Shown here piece after piece: positions 13,040-25,114 of a DNA stretch of 64,000 nucleotides; the stretch's first letter is position 1, and every line of letters begins with the position of its first letter. A program made the position numbers and the translations under genes. Location: the NCBI RefSeq assembly GCF_018350175.1, contig NC_058383.1:19098001-19162000 (forward strand). The letters are read 5' to 3'. The DNA comes from Felis catus. Its lineage: Eukaryota. Below the pieces are notes generated by a model. That model made no database searches and was not told the DNA's origin. It saw only the letters and a list, made by a program, of their open reading frames with translations.

Positions 13040-13465
13040 TGTGGTAGACGGTATTATTCGTTCAGGGTTATTCATTTCCTCCGGCCGTTGCCACGGGTCT
13101 CTGAGGCTGTGTGTACTTCCCCACCGCCCCTGACTCTGGGTTTGGTCACGTGACTTGCTTTGACCATTGAAATCTGAGCGGATGTGAGGGGATGCCGTAT
13201 CCAGGCACCTCCAGCCTCTTGTCTCTCTTCAGCTGCTGCCTCTGCCCCGAGAACCCAGGGCCCCCGAGAGTGGCTGTCTCTTCCGTCTGGTCCCAGAGGG
13301 AGAAGGCACATGGAACCCAGGGCAGCCAGACCAGCAGAGCCCAGCGGAGCCCGCTTGAGCCGGGGCCCATCTGCCGTCCTCGCGGAACGAGAACTAAGTG
13401 TTTGGTATTGGAAGCTGCTGAGATTTTAGGCCTGCCTGTCGCTGCAGCAAAAGCTGCCTCGTACA
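13040..13465 (+). mobile_element. MaLR solo LTR (MLT1 family)
   Basis: Starts TGTGGTAG, contains GGTCACGTGACTTGCTTTGACCA and AAGCTGCTGAGATTTT, ends GCAGCAAAAGCTGCCTCGTACA. Confidence 0.8.
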
Positions 13466-14882
13466 TACCTGATCCTCCTCCCCCCCAGCCCGTCCCATCC
13501 TGCTTCCTGCTTCCTGCTTCCTGCTTCCTGCACTTGGGCTTCTGCCAAAGGCACACGGTGGTGTGTGTCAGATCCCAGGCAGAATCGAACTCCGGCGCAG
13601 AGCAAATGGGCCGGGGCAACAGGGGCTTCCCTTCTGATTTCTCCTCGGCTACCATTCATCAGCCGGAAACATTTCCCGAGCTCCTGCAACGTGCCAGGTG
13701 CCGGCACCGCGAGATCCCGCCGGACCCGTCCCTGCCGTCCGGGTGCTCCCAGCGGAAGAGGAGAGTGGCGGGCCGGCAGGACCAGGGCTCTGGCCAAGGA
13801 CCCGGGCCAAGACAACTGGGGGCTTGGTTTGTGCTGAACGGGGCTGGCCTTGGACCCCGAGCACCGTGTTTGTCTTATTCGTTTCTTTCAACATGCCCGT
13901 GGGATCGAAACGCGGTCCTACAGTGCAGGCCATCCAGCGAGACTGAGGGCCCTCGAGATTCTTTTTGTGCCAGGAACATTCCCCCCTGAGCTCATTATCC
14001 TCCACGCAGCGCCTGCCATGGCATTTCTCTGCCTTGGCTGTGGGTCACATTTTACTCCTTTTGCAGTCCCCGGGGCCATCAGAGTGACAGGCGCGTCACA
14101 CCGACTGTCAGCCTTCTCCTGTCCTAACACACTGTTCTCTGACTTCAGACCTTGCTGGTCCTCATTATAAAAGCAAGGCTGGGGATGGGGGTCCCGGCTC
14201 TTTCATGGTTCCTGTGTAAAGGCGCGGCTCTCTTCTTGCCCATTTATCCATGAATTTCTCAGGCCTTGAGAGCCAGTTATGTCCAGTTGCAAGGGGTGGG
14301 GGTGACAAAGGTGGTGAAGATACGGTTCAGCCTGGGATGGGGGGTATGGAGGCCTGGGGAGCCAGGGAGGGTTTCCTGGAGAAGGGGGCACTTGAGCCGG
14401 GCCCGGGAGGATGGGTGAGTTGAGCACGCGGAGAGCATTGGAGGCAGAAGGAACGTGGGGGTGACCCTCTGGAGGTGGGGCTCCTGCCTGTCTCATGCGC
14501 ACCCTTCCTCAAGCGTTCCCTGTGGGGAGTGTCAAACTCTGCCGTCGCCCTGGCCCCTCATCTCCTTTCCTTTTGATGTGGCTCTCCATGCCACCGACAC
14601 AAGGCAGCTCCTGGATGGGGACGGGACACAGAGCCACCTGGTTCATCTTGTTCTTACTAGAGCGCCTGCCTGTCCCCCGTGGGCTGCCGCGGGGCCACAG
14701 CTCGTTCTGCGCAGGCCTGCAAGTTTCGCTCTCAGGACCCCTTGCGGGGCTTTCTCCTGGTTCTGGAGAGGAGTTCCTGTCACCGCCGCGGTCAGAACAG
14801 CGTGGGCCCCCGGGTGGGAAATCAGGCTGCTATGATCATAACATTCCTGTTTATCAAGCACCTACTATGTGCCCAGCGCTTT

Positions 14883-15031
14883 CAGGGCTGCTGCAGCACC
14901 CAAAGGCTTTGTTAACTTTGAGAAAGCCTCCTACTCTGAGCATGGAGGATGGCTTCCACTGCAGTCCCACTTAGCCTCAGGTAAGTGTCCTTGTTTGTGC
15001 ACAGCCTGAACAACTGTGCTTGGCAGCCCTG
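14883..15031. mobile_element. MER91-like hAT MITE
   Basis: Terminal inverted repeat CAGGGCTGC...GCAGCCCTG with subterminal TGCACAGCCTGAACAACTG. Confidence 0.65.
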
Positions 15032-15669
15032 GGCCCTGTCTAGTCAATATCTCATTTAATCCTCGTAACAGTGCTAGGAGGCAAATACGTTCTGCTTTCA
15101 CTGCTATTTGACGGTCAAGGAAACTGAGTCTTTGAGAGCCTCAGGAGCTTGCTTAAGGGCACCTAGCCGGCAAGTGTGGGAACCGCTTCAACTCCGGCAT
15201 CTCTGAGTACAGCCCCTGCCATCTCTTTGCTACACGTCACCATCTCCTGCCGCCAGCCTCCCAGGCCTCTCTTCTGATGGGCTCTTAGCTGATTTTCCAA
15301 TAATTCTCTCCTGCTGTTCTGGGGCCTGTTATCATTCATTATTGCGTTTTGTAGCTTCATCCATTGTTTTATTTTTCACTCCCAGTGGCTCATTGCTTGG
15401 GAGCAGCCGAGAACCTGGTGTGCCCTTGCTCTAAATGCATCGTGTCAGATGCAAGTTTATCTCATTTACTATCCGAGTCGGCGGCAGTACCTTGTCGATT
15501 CCATTTTGAGCTCATTTCGTCTCTGATGATTTCCATGCAGGTAGTGGTGTATCTTCCAGCCCCTGGGCCAGGCTCCACACGCAACTCCTCTGGCTGTGAC
15601 CCTGGGGACATCAAGTTGCCCTCGGCCCTCAGCAGGAAGCACCTGTGGCATACCTCAGGTGCACCTGTT

Positions 15670-15793
15670 GTGTTTTTGTTTGTTTGTTTAAGTTGAGGAG
15701 CCTGACTTGGGTCTTGAACTCACAACCCTGAGATCAAGACCTGAGCTGAGATCAAGGGTTGGACGCTCAACCGACTGAGCCACCCAGGCACCC
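15670..15793 (-). mobile_element. Short Can-SINE (tRNA head plus tail, no CT segment)
   Basis: Reverse complement of GGGTGCCTGGGTGGCTCAGTCGGTTGAGCGTCC; TSD CACCTGTT at 15662 and 15796. Confidence 0.9.
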
Positions 15794-16135
15794 AACACCT
15801 GTTCTTTAAGGAGGGAAACCCTATGTCTCGGGGAGGGCTTGGGTTTGGAGACAAAAGATCTGAATTCAAGTCCCCCCTCGCTGCGACTTCCTTGCTGTGT
15901 GGTCCCCGGCAAATTATTTAAGGTCCTGAACTTCTTTTTCTTCATCCATGAAATGGAGGCACCATTTTCCTTTCCCAAGGTGGCCACAACATTGAACGCT
16001 CCGATGATATCATGAGTTGGTAAGGACGTAGGAATGTGGGGACGTTCACGTAATGCTGGCGGGGTCGCCCCCTGATGCTGGCGCGACCACAACGGACAGC
16101 AATTTGGCGACGTTTGTCAAAACTCTAAATGTTCA

Positions 16136-16349
16136 GGGGCGCCTGGGCGGCTCAGTCAGTTGAGCGTCCAGCTCCTGATTTCAGCTCAGGTCTCGATCCA
16201 GGGTTGTGGGATCAAGCCCCAAGTCGGGCTCTGCGTTGAGTGTGGAGCCTGCTTAAGATTCCCTCTCTCTCCCCCCTCTGATGCTCTCCCCCACTCATAC
16301 TCTCTCTCTCTCTCTCTCTCTCTCAAAAATAATAATAAAAAAATTAAAA
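16136..16349 (+). mobile_element. Can-SINE
   Basis: GGGGCGCCTGGGCGGCTCAGTC head, CT repeat, A-rich tail. Confidence 0.95.
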
Positions 16350-16904
16350 GGGTGAATTATGCTTACAGAAAGGTTCACAAAAGGAAGACGCCCTGTTTAA
16401 TGGCTGATACAAAGCCGACCTCAAGTGATCGCTTCTGAGGCCAAGATGGAAACTTGCCACCATCCAGAAACTCCCCTGATGCCTCTGCAGTGCCCCCCCC
16501 CCCAACTTTTACCCTGAGAAGCAGCCACTTCCTGGTACTTATAGTGGTCACTGCCTTGATTCGCTTAATACTTTGGCCACTGAGCCCCATCCCTGAACAC
16601 TATGGTATGATTTTGCCTGTGTCTTGTATTTACATTCAAGAAGTCACACAGCGTATTCTGTTGTGACCGGTGTCCTGCTCAGCAGTATTTTGTGAGATTT
16701 ACCCCTGTAGTTGCTCTGCCGTGGAGTGGTTTTTTTTTTTTTTGGGCGGGGGGGGGGGGGAGAGGATATAATCATGAATGTGAATGGCTGGGAAGAAAGG
16801 TCTAGAAAGGGACCCACCATATTGATGATAGCAGTTTGGGACAGGGCCTGGATGTAGGGATAGAAGTGTTCTCGGGAGATTTAGGGTCTTATCTGTGATT
16901 TGGA

Positions 16905-17095
16905 TTTTTTTTTTTTTTAGAGAGAGAGCGTGCGTGAGTAGGGGAGGGGGAGAGGAAGAAAGGGAGAGAATCCCAAGCAGGCTCTGCACTGTCAGCGTGG
17001 AGCCTGAGGTGGGCGTCGATCCCACACCCTGGAATCATGACCTGAGCGCAAATGAAGAGTCAGACGCTCAACCAACTGAGCCACCCAGGTGCCCC
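16905..17095 (-). mobile_element. Can-SINE
   Basis: Reverse-complement head ends 17095; TSD TTGGATTTTT on both sides. Confidence 0.95.
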
Positions 17096-17455
17096 TACGA
17101 CTTGGATTTTTCTGAAAGACGAATGTAGGGATGCCATTGTGGGCGAATTACATGGTAAACAAAAGAAGAAAATGGAGGGCAAAGACGTGTTTGTCAGAGT
17201 TGTGGGGGACAGGGAAATGAGTTCATGTAGGTAAAATCTGGAGCACGAAGTAGGCATTCGGGGAAGGGGAAATGGATACAGGCAAACGCAAACTGAGTTT
17301 CTCCCAGGAGCGGCCAGAGGGACCGCATGGTGGTGTGGTTAGATGCATGGGCTCCAGAACAGGTACCCTGGGTGCTAGTCCTGGTTCTGCTACCTGCCAG
17401 ATGTGACATCAGGCAAATGATGTAACTTCTGTCCCTCTCCCTGAGTTTTACCACC

Positions 17456-17958
17456 TGTATTCGTTATCAGTTGCTACCTTCCAAATCACCCCAAACTTAG
17501 TGGCTTGACCAACAAAAATCATTGATCACCTGTCACGGATTTCTATGGGTGGGGAATTCGGGGAGCAGTTTGGGGGGCGGTTCCGCGTCGGGGTCTCTCG
17601 CGAGGCTGCAGTAGACATGGGTGGGGACTGGAGAGGCAGCCTCCGCGGTGGCTCAGTCGCACGACTGCCCAGTTGGAGCTGGCCAGAGGGTCCCTTGCCA
17701 CAGGCACCCGCCGCGGGGCTGCTCCGGAGTCCTGAGCACACGGCGGCTGGCTTCCCCCAGAGCCGGGCGTCCAGACGACCAACCCAGAGGTCAGTGCCTT
17801 TTGTAATCTGGCCTTGGAAGTCCCACACTGTCACTGCTGTGGCATTGAATCGGTCACACAGATCGTCCCTGCCGCAGTGTGAGGGGGACGTACGAGGGCA
17901 TGAAGAGCAGAAAACGGGGCTCCCTGGGAGTCGCGTAGGGGCTGGCTCCCCCATCCCA
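17456..17958 (-). mobile_element. MaLR solo LTR (MLT1 family) inserted into a MIR
   Basis: TGTATTCGTTATCAGTTGCT...CACCCCAAACTTAGTGGCTT end; MIR halves at ~17310-17455 and ~17960-18020. Confidence 0.8.
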
Positions 17959-19084
17959 CCTGAAATAGGGATACAAGCACCCACCTCCTGGGGCTCCCGT
18001 GAGGTTAAGTGAGTTGCCCGACGCGTCACCTCCACGAATCGTCGTGGGTTTCATTTGACTTCCCAGTGTTGCAATTGTAAGTCAGTTCTCAGGGTTCCTG
18101 GAATGACACGCCGCGTAGCAGTTACAAATAGCTGCACTTTGGAGTAACCGCCAGAGCCGCTTCTGAGCCGCTGTGCGAAGACGGCACCCCACGTAGTGGG
18201 TTTGCATGTCGGCTCTGTTGCGAGGACCAGGTCACCAACGCCCAGCAGACGGCAGGGCTGATTTTCATCTCTTTGGGAACAGACACTGAGGCTTTGACTT
18301 CAATCGCTCGCCACATCAGTGGCCCAGAACGAACGAAGCCGTTAATGTCACAGTAGACTCGTTACTGTCTCCAAAGAACGGGAAACCTGACCATCTTTGG
18401 GGTTTTACTTCAAGGATCCCAAACTCAAGCGCCTACAAGGCCAGACAGGTAACCCAGATCGGGGAAGCGGCCGAGGGGAAGAGGACCCAGGTGAGCGTGT
18501 TGCCAAAGGGCAGCCATCCTTGGCCTCAGTGTTGGAGACACGGTAGAGAGTGGTGGGGACTGCGGCGAACAAGGCGACAGATCCCCCTTCTCCAGGGCCG
18601 CTGCTGCCTGGGTTTCTGCCCCTCTCCTCTCAACGCGTTGCTGCCACAACAGCGAAACTTCGGGTCCTCTGTGCTCAAGTGTTCCAGTTGACGGGCAACC
18701 CGTGCGGAGAGCGGCCAGCGGCCCCCTCTGATGAACTTCTCTCTTTTCCGTAGGCCGCTAGCCCCGGCGCCCCCTCATCTACCAGCGCTCAGCCTGGCCG
18801 CGTCATAGCCGTGGGGAGGAGTTACTGACTTCCTCCGTCTCATGGCAGCCGTTGATCGACAAAGTGAGGCTTATCACTCTCTGCCAGGTCATGATCAAAG
18901 GCGACTGAGAGCATCCTCTAAGCCTCTCATGGAGGAAACAGACCCACGGCAGCAGTCCACTCACTGGGGGGCCGGGGGCTGTGTGATGGTATGCACTCCA
19001 GTTGCCATGTGAGGTGGGACCCGGGTTGTTTGACAGATCTGAGGGCGTCAATCGTGGGACTGATGTACTTAGCTTGCCCAGAGG

Positions 19085-19790
19085 TGGGGTGGGTTAGGAT
19101 AGGCACCGTGGCTTCCTGCTCAGCGGACGTTTCCTCCCCTCCTTGTCATCCTTCTTGTCCGTCTGACCAGGAGGCTGGAGAAGGCAGATGTTTTCCCGAC
19201 CTTCTTCATGGCCAGCAGTGGCTCAATGATCTAGTGTTCGCCAGTAAGATGTAAATGTGACTCTGCTGGGGGCTCTTTTGGGAATTAGTTTCCCTTTGAT
19301 GAAAGGAGGCGGGTGTATGGGTAAAGTCTTTCTCACCATCCTGGATGCTTTCCTACTTCCTACGTGTGGGAGTGGTTGGGTGAAGATGTGATGTATGGAG
19401 CTGTAGCAGCCATTTTGTAGGAGACTTTCAGAGAATTGTATCAGTGAGCCATTAGTTCAACCCTTAGCCGCCTACTTCCGGCCTTCTTGTTAAGAGAGAT
19501 AGTTGGGGCGCCTGGGTGGCTTGGTCAGTTAAGCGTCCGATTTCAGCTCAGGTCATGATCTCGCACTCCGTGAGTTCGAGCCCTGCGTCGGGCTCTGTGC
19601 TGACAGCTCGGGGCCTGGAGCCTGTTTCAGATTCTGTGTCTCCCTCTTTCTCTGCCCCTCCCCTGTTCATGCTCTGTCTCTCTGTCTCAAAAATAAATAA
19701 ACGTTAAAAAAAAATTAAAAAAAAAGAGAGATAGTTGAAGGACTTTATTACTTAAGCCACTGCTAGTTGATTTGTTTCAGCCAAAAGCTG
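19085..19790 (+). mobile_element. MaLR LTR (old MLT1 family), interrupted by a SINE
   Basis: GAAGATGTGATGTATGGAGCTGTAGCAGCCATTTTGT and TTAAGCCACTGCTAGTT motifs. Confidence 0.65.
19505..19723 (+). mobile_element. Can-SINE (SINEC_Fc-type)
   Basis: Full head-CT-tail structure; perfect 13-bp TSD AAGAGAGATAGTT (19492-19504, 19724-19736). Confidence 0.97.
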
Positions 19791-19901
19791 CATTTTCAAT
19801 GTTACAGGGAATGTTTGACCATGTCATCTGAGGGTATGAAGAATTGAGTGTCCCTTAAACATGCACAGGTCTCGCATTTTCTCTGTCCTACTCCTAGGCC
19901 A

Positions 19902-20126
19902 TTTTTAAATTTTTTTAAATGTTTATTTGTTTTTAAGAGAGAGAGAGAGACAGACAGGGTGTGAGCGGGGGAGGGGCACAGAGAGAGGGAGACACAGAAT
20001 CCGAAGCAGGCTCCAGGCCCCGAGCTGTCGGCACAGAGCCCGACGTGGGGCTCGAACCCACGAACTGCAAGACCACGACCTGAACCGAAGCTGGATGCTT
20101 GAGCGACTGAGCCACCCGGACGCCCC
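19902..20126 (-). mobile_element. Can-SINE (SINEC_Fc-type)
   Basis: GAGAGAGGGAGACACAGAATCCGAAGCAGGCTCCAGG body; head ends GGACGCCCC. Confidence 0.96.
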
Positions 20127-21486
20127 GTTTTTTCTCTTTTTTTATATCTCTAAATTAAAAAAGAAATCCAATTGCCCAATACATCACCTGTGCAAAAGAG
20201 CGTGTAAAATATACACGCACCCCAAACAACACCATGTTAACTTTCGCCTGTCCTTGAATGGTATACAAACGGAAGCCGACTTGTATCTCTTGGCTCTCTT
20301 GTCCTACCTTGTTGTACGTCGATCTTGGGTTCCGTGCATGCCCAGCGTGCAGCGCGGGTCCCGTCATTCTCATGGCCGTATGGGTTCAGCTCGCAGGGGG
20401 TGTGTTTATTCTGTGCTCGGTGACGTTCCGGAGGCCTGCCGTCTTTCGCCCTTGCCAGCCAGGCTGCGTTTTTGTCCGTGTCTCAGGGTACACGTGTTCA
20501 AGAGTCGCTCAGGGGCATATGCCTTTGAGTGGGGATGCTGGCTCATAGGAATGCACCTGCTACCCCCGTTGGACGATGCCAAGTGGTTTTCCAAAGGGGC
20601 CGCGCCGGTTTATACTCCTGGCAGCAGGTGCTGGGCGCTCCCGTTGCTTGTGTCCCTCACCGACGCTTGGTCCTGGGCGCGTTCCGTTCTGAATGGCGCT
20701 GTGGCCAAGCAGAGCTGACCTCCGAGCTCTGAAGATGCCTGGCCCCGATTTGCCATTAAGTATCAGCATTTATACGTCCTTAAGCGATCACCCCCAAGTT
20801 GTTTTGGGGGGCGGTCCTGCAACGAGGCTTGCCTAGTGGCCTTTCTCTCTGGGTGCTACTGATCTCGGAGTTTCCGATAAGGGGACAAACCGATTTGACT
20901 TTCCCGGTTATCAGAACCGCGCCTGATTCGGTTTGCCCACATGTCAGCGGGAGTTCTTGTTCAAGATCAGCGTCTGATTTCTCTCCCTGGGTTCTCGCTC
21001 TCTGTGTTTTGAATAATCGACTGTAAAGGTGGAGGCAAGTTGCAGGATTCTTAGGCATGCCGGCTGCAGGGAGACGGGGACCCTGGGGACACCACGGGGA
21101 GGCGGGAAGTTTTGACAGGAGGTGAGAGAGCCTCTCCTGGGTCTAATTACTGGCACGGACAGGTCCCCTAACCTCTGAGCTTCAATGTCCCCTTCTATGA
21201 AAACGGGGGTGATAATACTGGGTCGTCGTGGGAGAGAGGGTGCACACAGCACCATTTAGCACAAAGCCAGCATGCAGCAGGTGGTCAGTAAATGTCAGCA
21301 GCCACCGTCGGTAGAGTTCTCATCCGTGGAGGGGGCTGCGGTGGGGTTGAGAGACGTCCCAGGCGTCACTGCTGTCATGCCATAAGCGTGCCCCTATGAC
21401 TCATGATTATGTGTCACTTCTGCATTGGTCCCTGGCCCCAGAGCCCCTGAATCCACACTCTGAGGACGAGCAGGTGCACCGCGGCC

Positions 21487-21487
<1 letters not shown>

Positions 21488-21523
<36 letters not shown>
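21488..21523. repeat. Poly(C) homopolymer, 36 nt
   Basis: Direct count. Confidence 0.95.
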
Positions 21524-21524
<1 letters not shown>

Positions 21525-24500
21525 CCCAGGGTCTCTTCTTGGCGGGGCAGGGTCCAGGCAAGAACAGAGACTCACATTTCTAATTTGCTTTCCTTTAGAA
21601 ACACAGAAACATCTAATCACAACGTAGTAGGTATTTGTTGTCAAAAGATAAAGTAGCCAATGAAGTAAGACAATAGGTGAGAATGAAGAAAATTCCTCTC
21701 CTTCCTTTGTTCTTTGGGTCCACTCTTCAGTTGAGTCGCATTTTCCCAGTTGTTTTCTCCCCCTGTACAGCCACATACTTACGTAGGGCAGCGGAAGCCT
21801 GGGGGCACGACTCTGACCTTGCTTTCTTTCCCTGACAGCAGAACTCAGGCATTTCCCCAAGTCTGGAATACGGATTAGGTTCTCGTTCGTTTTCTGCCTC
21901 ATTGTCTGGAATAGCTGTTTAGTAATCCCCCAGTGGGTACACGTTTATTTGTAAATATTTATAAATACAGACTTCCGTGAGGCCTAGTGCAAACGCTAGC
22001 CTCCTCCGAGAAGTCTTCCTTGATTCGTGGCGCACCTTCCTTCAGGCCCACGCGGCACCAGCATACTGGTAATGCGTGGTAAGGCAGTCAATCATTGAGT
22101 CAGAGGGCGGTGGACTTTGAACAGAATCCCTTACTCCTTTGGCCGTGTTCACTGTGTGCCAAGCCCTGTGCGGGGCCCCGGAGACCTCAGACATTATTAT
22201 CATTATCCTTTGGGGTTCCCGGAAAAGGAAATTCTCTCGCTGCCTCAGGGCCATTGCACATACCATCCTTCCCCCTGCGGCTCTCTCCTCCTCACTTGCC
22301 TACCCAGCCCCTACTTTGGGCTTCTTCACAAATGTCACCTGCTCGGGGAAACTTTCTCTGGCCCGTCTTCCAGACTGGGTTGGGATCCTTCCCATCATGC
22401 ACACATGGTACTGTTCCTTGGTCCCCTGATCACAGCTGTGTTGAGGTAACGTATGGTGGGATGCGATTTTATTTCAAGCCAACCCGTGCCATGAGTGAGT
22501 CAGCCTCGCGGCGATCAGTATATTTTTGTGTGCTCAGCACCCAGCGCCTGGCACCATAGCCGTCCTGTCTCCACCTGTTAAATGTTTAATCGGTATTATT
22601 GCCAGTCCACAGATGAGGAAATTGAGGCCCAGAGAGGTTGAGCGACTGGCGTAACATCACACAGCTGGCGAATTTGGGCACCCAGGTTTCTAGCCTCTCT
22701 AGAGCCCTCGCTTTCAGAGCAAACTGCGACGAGAAGGCCACATGACGTGGGCTATAATAGGGTATTCATCTAAGGGGTGGTGGGAGGGCAGAGGAGGGCA
22801 CGACTGACTCAGCCTGGGGGAGTGGATGGCTGCCTGGAGGGGGGCCATGACCTTGAAGACTTAGGAGCTGTGGGTAGTTTGGAGCAGCTCTAGTGACAGT
22901 CTAGGAGGGTGGGAGGTGGGACCAAATGCTGGGCTCGTTGTGAACGCCCCGCTTTGGGCTCTCAGGGTGTCTGGGCTCAGCCGAAGCTGTTGGGAACTCT
23001 GAGAATTTCCTAGGCAGGGGGGTGACATGATCCAGTAGGTTCCGTTTAGAACATCCCTTAGGTCAGGGCTGCCCACTGGAGCTTGCCGGCGTGGGTTGGC
23101 TCGGCTCCCCGAGTGACATGCAGTGGAATTTGTGGCCAAGTCTATTCGTTAGGATTCTGGCCACGGAGCCAAACGCCCAAACTGACAGTGGGTTAAACAA
23201 GATAGAAGCTTTTTATTTTCTCTCCCCCATAAAAGTCCCAATTGGTTAGGTACCTCTGCTCCATATTGGGGACCCAGGATTCTTCTAGATAGTTCCGCTG
23301 CCGGTTCCCCAAGACACTGCTCTGGTCCACATGGTCTGAAATGGGCCACGGCCATGGCCGGATTCCAGCCACCAGGTGGGGTGGCTTTTGGGGGTCACGT
23401 AGGACCCTCTCCATTCAAACTGGAAAGATGAAGACAGTTGGGGTTCGGGTTCTTGGATGATAGGAAGGCTTTGGCAGTCGTGCACGGCCCCACAGGTAGA
23501 GCTGAGTAGCACTTATCTTTACACCCCCACCCAGCCCCCCAGCTCCACCCCAACCCCGCAGGCCTGGGGGTTCACAGGCCCTGCTTCCGTAGGGTGCCCG
23601 CAGGTGCTGAACCAGGGGTCCCCGCTCAGGGGGGCGGCTGGCAGGAGCCAGCGCTGGCTTTGCAAACACCCTCCCAGGTCTGTGCCTTCTTTCCTGATGA
23701 ATGTGGTTCCAGCTGGTCCCTCCACCTTCCCAACCCTTAGATTCTCCAGGAGGCCCTCCTGGAAATGACCTTGAACTTCCTCCCCAAGTGGCCCTTTGGG
23801 TCTGGGGGCTGGGCTGTCATTCGCCGTCCCGGGTGCCCCTCTCGCTGGAGGTCCCCACACGGGCAAGCGCCCGGGTCAGCAGAGCCCCCTCCTCGGCCCA
23901 CGGAGGCCCCGGCACCTGCTTTGCCGGCCCCCAAAGAGCAGCGGGAGCCATTCTGCCTGCGAGGCTCTCGAGACTTCCTGTGGAGGGCGACTGTGGAGGG
24001 AATTTGTGGTCAGGGCCCTGTGGAAACTCTAGATGCATTCTAGATTGCATTCTCCCCAGCCCTGCCGGGGATCGGTCGCCCAGGTGTGATTTCCTGGGCT
24101 GGGAGAATTGACGCTGTCCTTATCCATTATTGCTGACACCGGGCCTCCAGAGCTGACGCTCCGTGGGGTGGGGGTGGGGGTGGGGGGGTGAATGGCTCTC
24201 CTCCCGGGGCATATGTGGAAGAATGTGCTGGAGAGCAGGGAGGCTAGTTTCCCAGTGGGTGCGGGCTTCGGGGTACTGAGGTCCCCGTGGGCAGGAAACC
24301 GCATCGGAAGCTGGCACCTCAAGGTCAAACAGGACTTCACAGTGTGCTTAAAGGGCTCTCCCATACAAGTCCAAGTCTGGTCTAATTTGTTCTTCCTGAG
24401 CACCGGCTGGCTGGTGCGGCCTCTGTGCCTCCTGAGAAGCGGGCTCGTCTGGCACGGTTCCCCGCAGAGCGCGTGGTCTCTGGGGTCCCGGCCCCCTTCT

Positions 24501-25114
24501 ACTATCTGCAGGTTTCCGAGGCCTCCTGAGCTCTTTGGGGTTGGGGTGTCTCACAGCTGGCTGTCCTCCTGAAGGGGGTTCGCCCCCAGGTGAGATGTTG
24601 CTCCCTCTTTGGTTTCCATGCTGACCGACCCTCTCAAAGAGGCTCAGGGCATGTGCTGATTTTCCTGAAGGTCTGTGGGAGGCTTTGTCACACAGTGAGG
24701 AACTTCTGGCGTCCAGCTGGCCCGTCCTTTTCCACCTGGGTCTTCTAGAGAGCGCCCCATGCCACCCCTCTGTCGCCCAGAGGCCTCCCTTTTCCCCTGA
24801 GGCCTTCTGTGCTGGAGCCAAGGTGCAATCTTGTGTGTGTGTGCTTCCTACGCAAGCACTTGTGGAAACATTTGTCTCAGCGAAGTCATTTCTGTCCCCC
24901 CGGAGGAGTTCTGGTGCCAGCAGCTAGGACAAGACGGGTCCCTCACCTGGCTATGCGGCTCACAGCCGCGGAGTGGGCCCCGGGAAGTCATCACCCCCAT
25001 TTTACGGATGAGAAAGGGACACAGAGCGGTGCAGTGACTCAACGCAGGGTCACCCAGCTGGGTGAAGTGCATGCTGGGACTCAGTTCTGGGGCCACTGAC
25101 TCCGAATCCAGGTC

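Noticed and set aside
13192..13989. 265-aa ORF
   Set aside because: Begins inside an MLT1 LTR, spans a heptamer repeat, has no recognisable domain; overlapping ORFs on both strands indicate a GC-rich chance ORF
18754..18863. Apparent exon: pyrimidine tract CTCTCTTTTCCGTAG acceptor and AAA|GTGAGG donor
   Set aside because: All three plus-strand frames contain a stop; cannot be supported as coding, though a non-coding exon is not excluded
19927..20718. 263-aa ORF starting MFLRERERQ
   Set aside because: Antisense Can-SINE translation running into old repeat sequence
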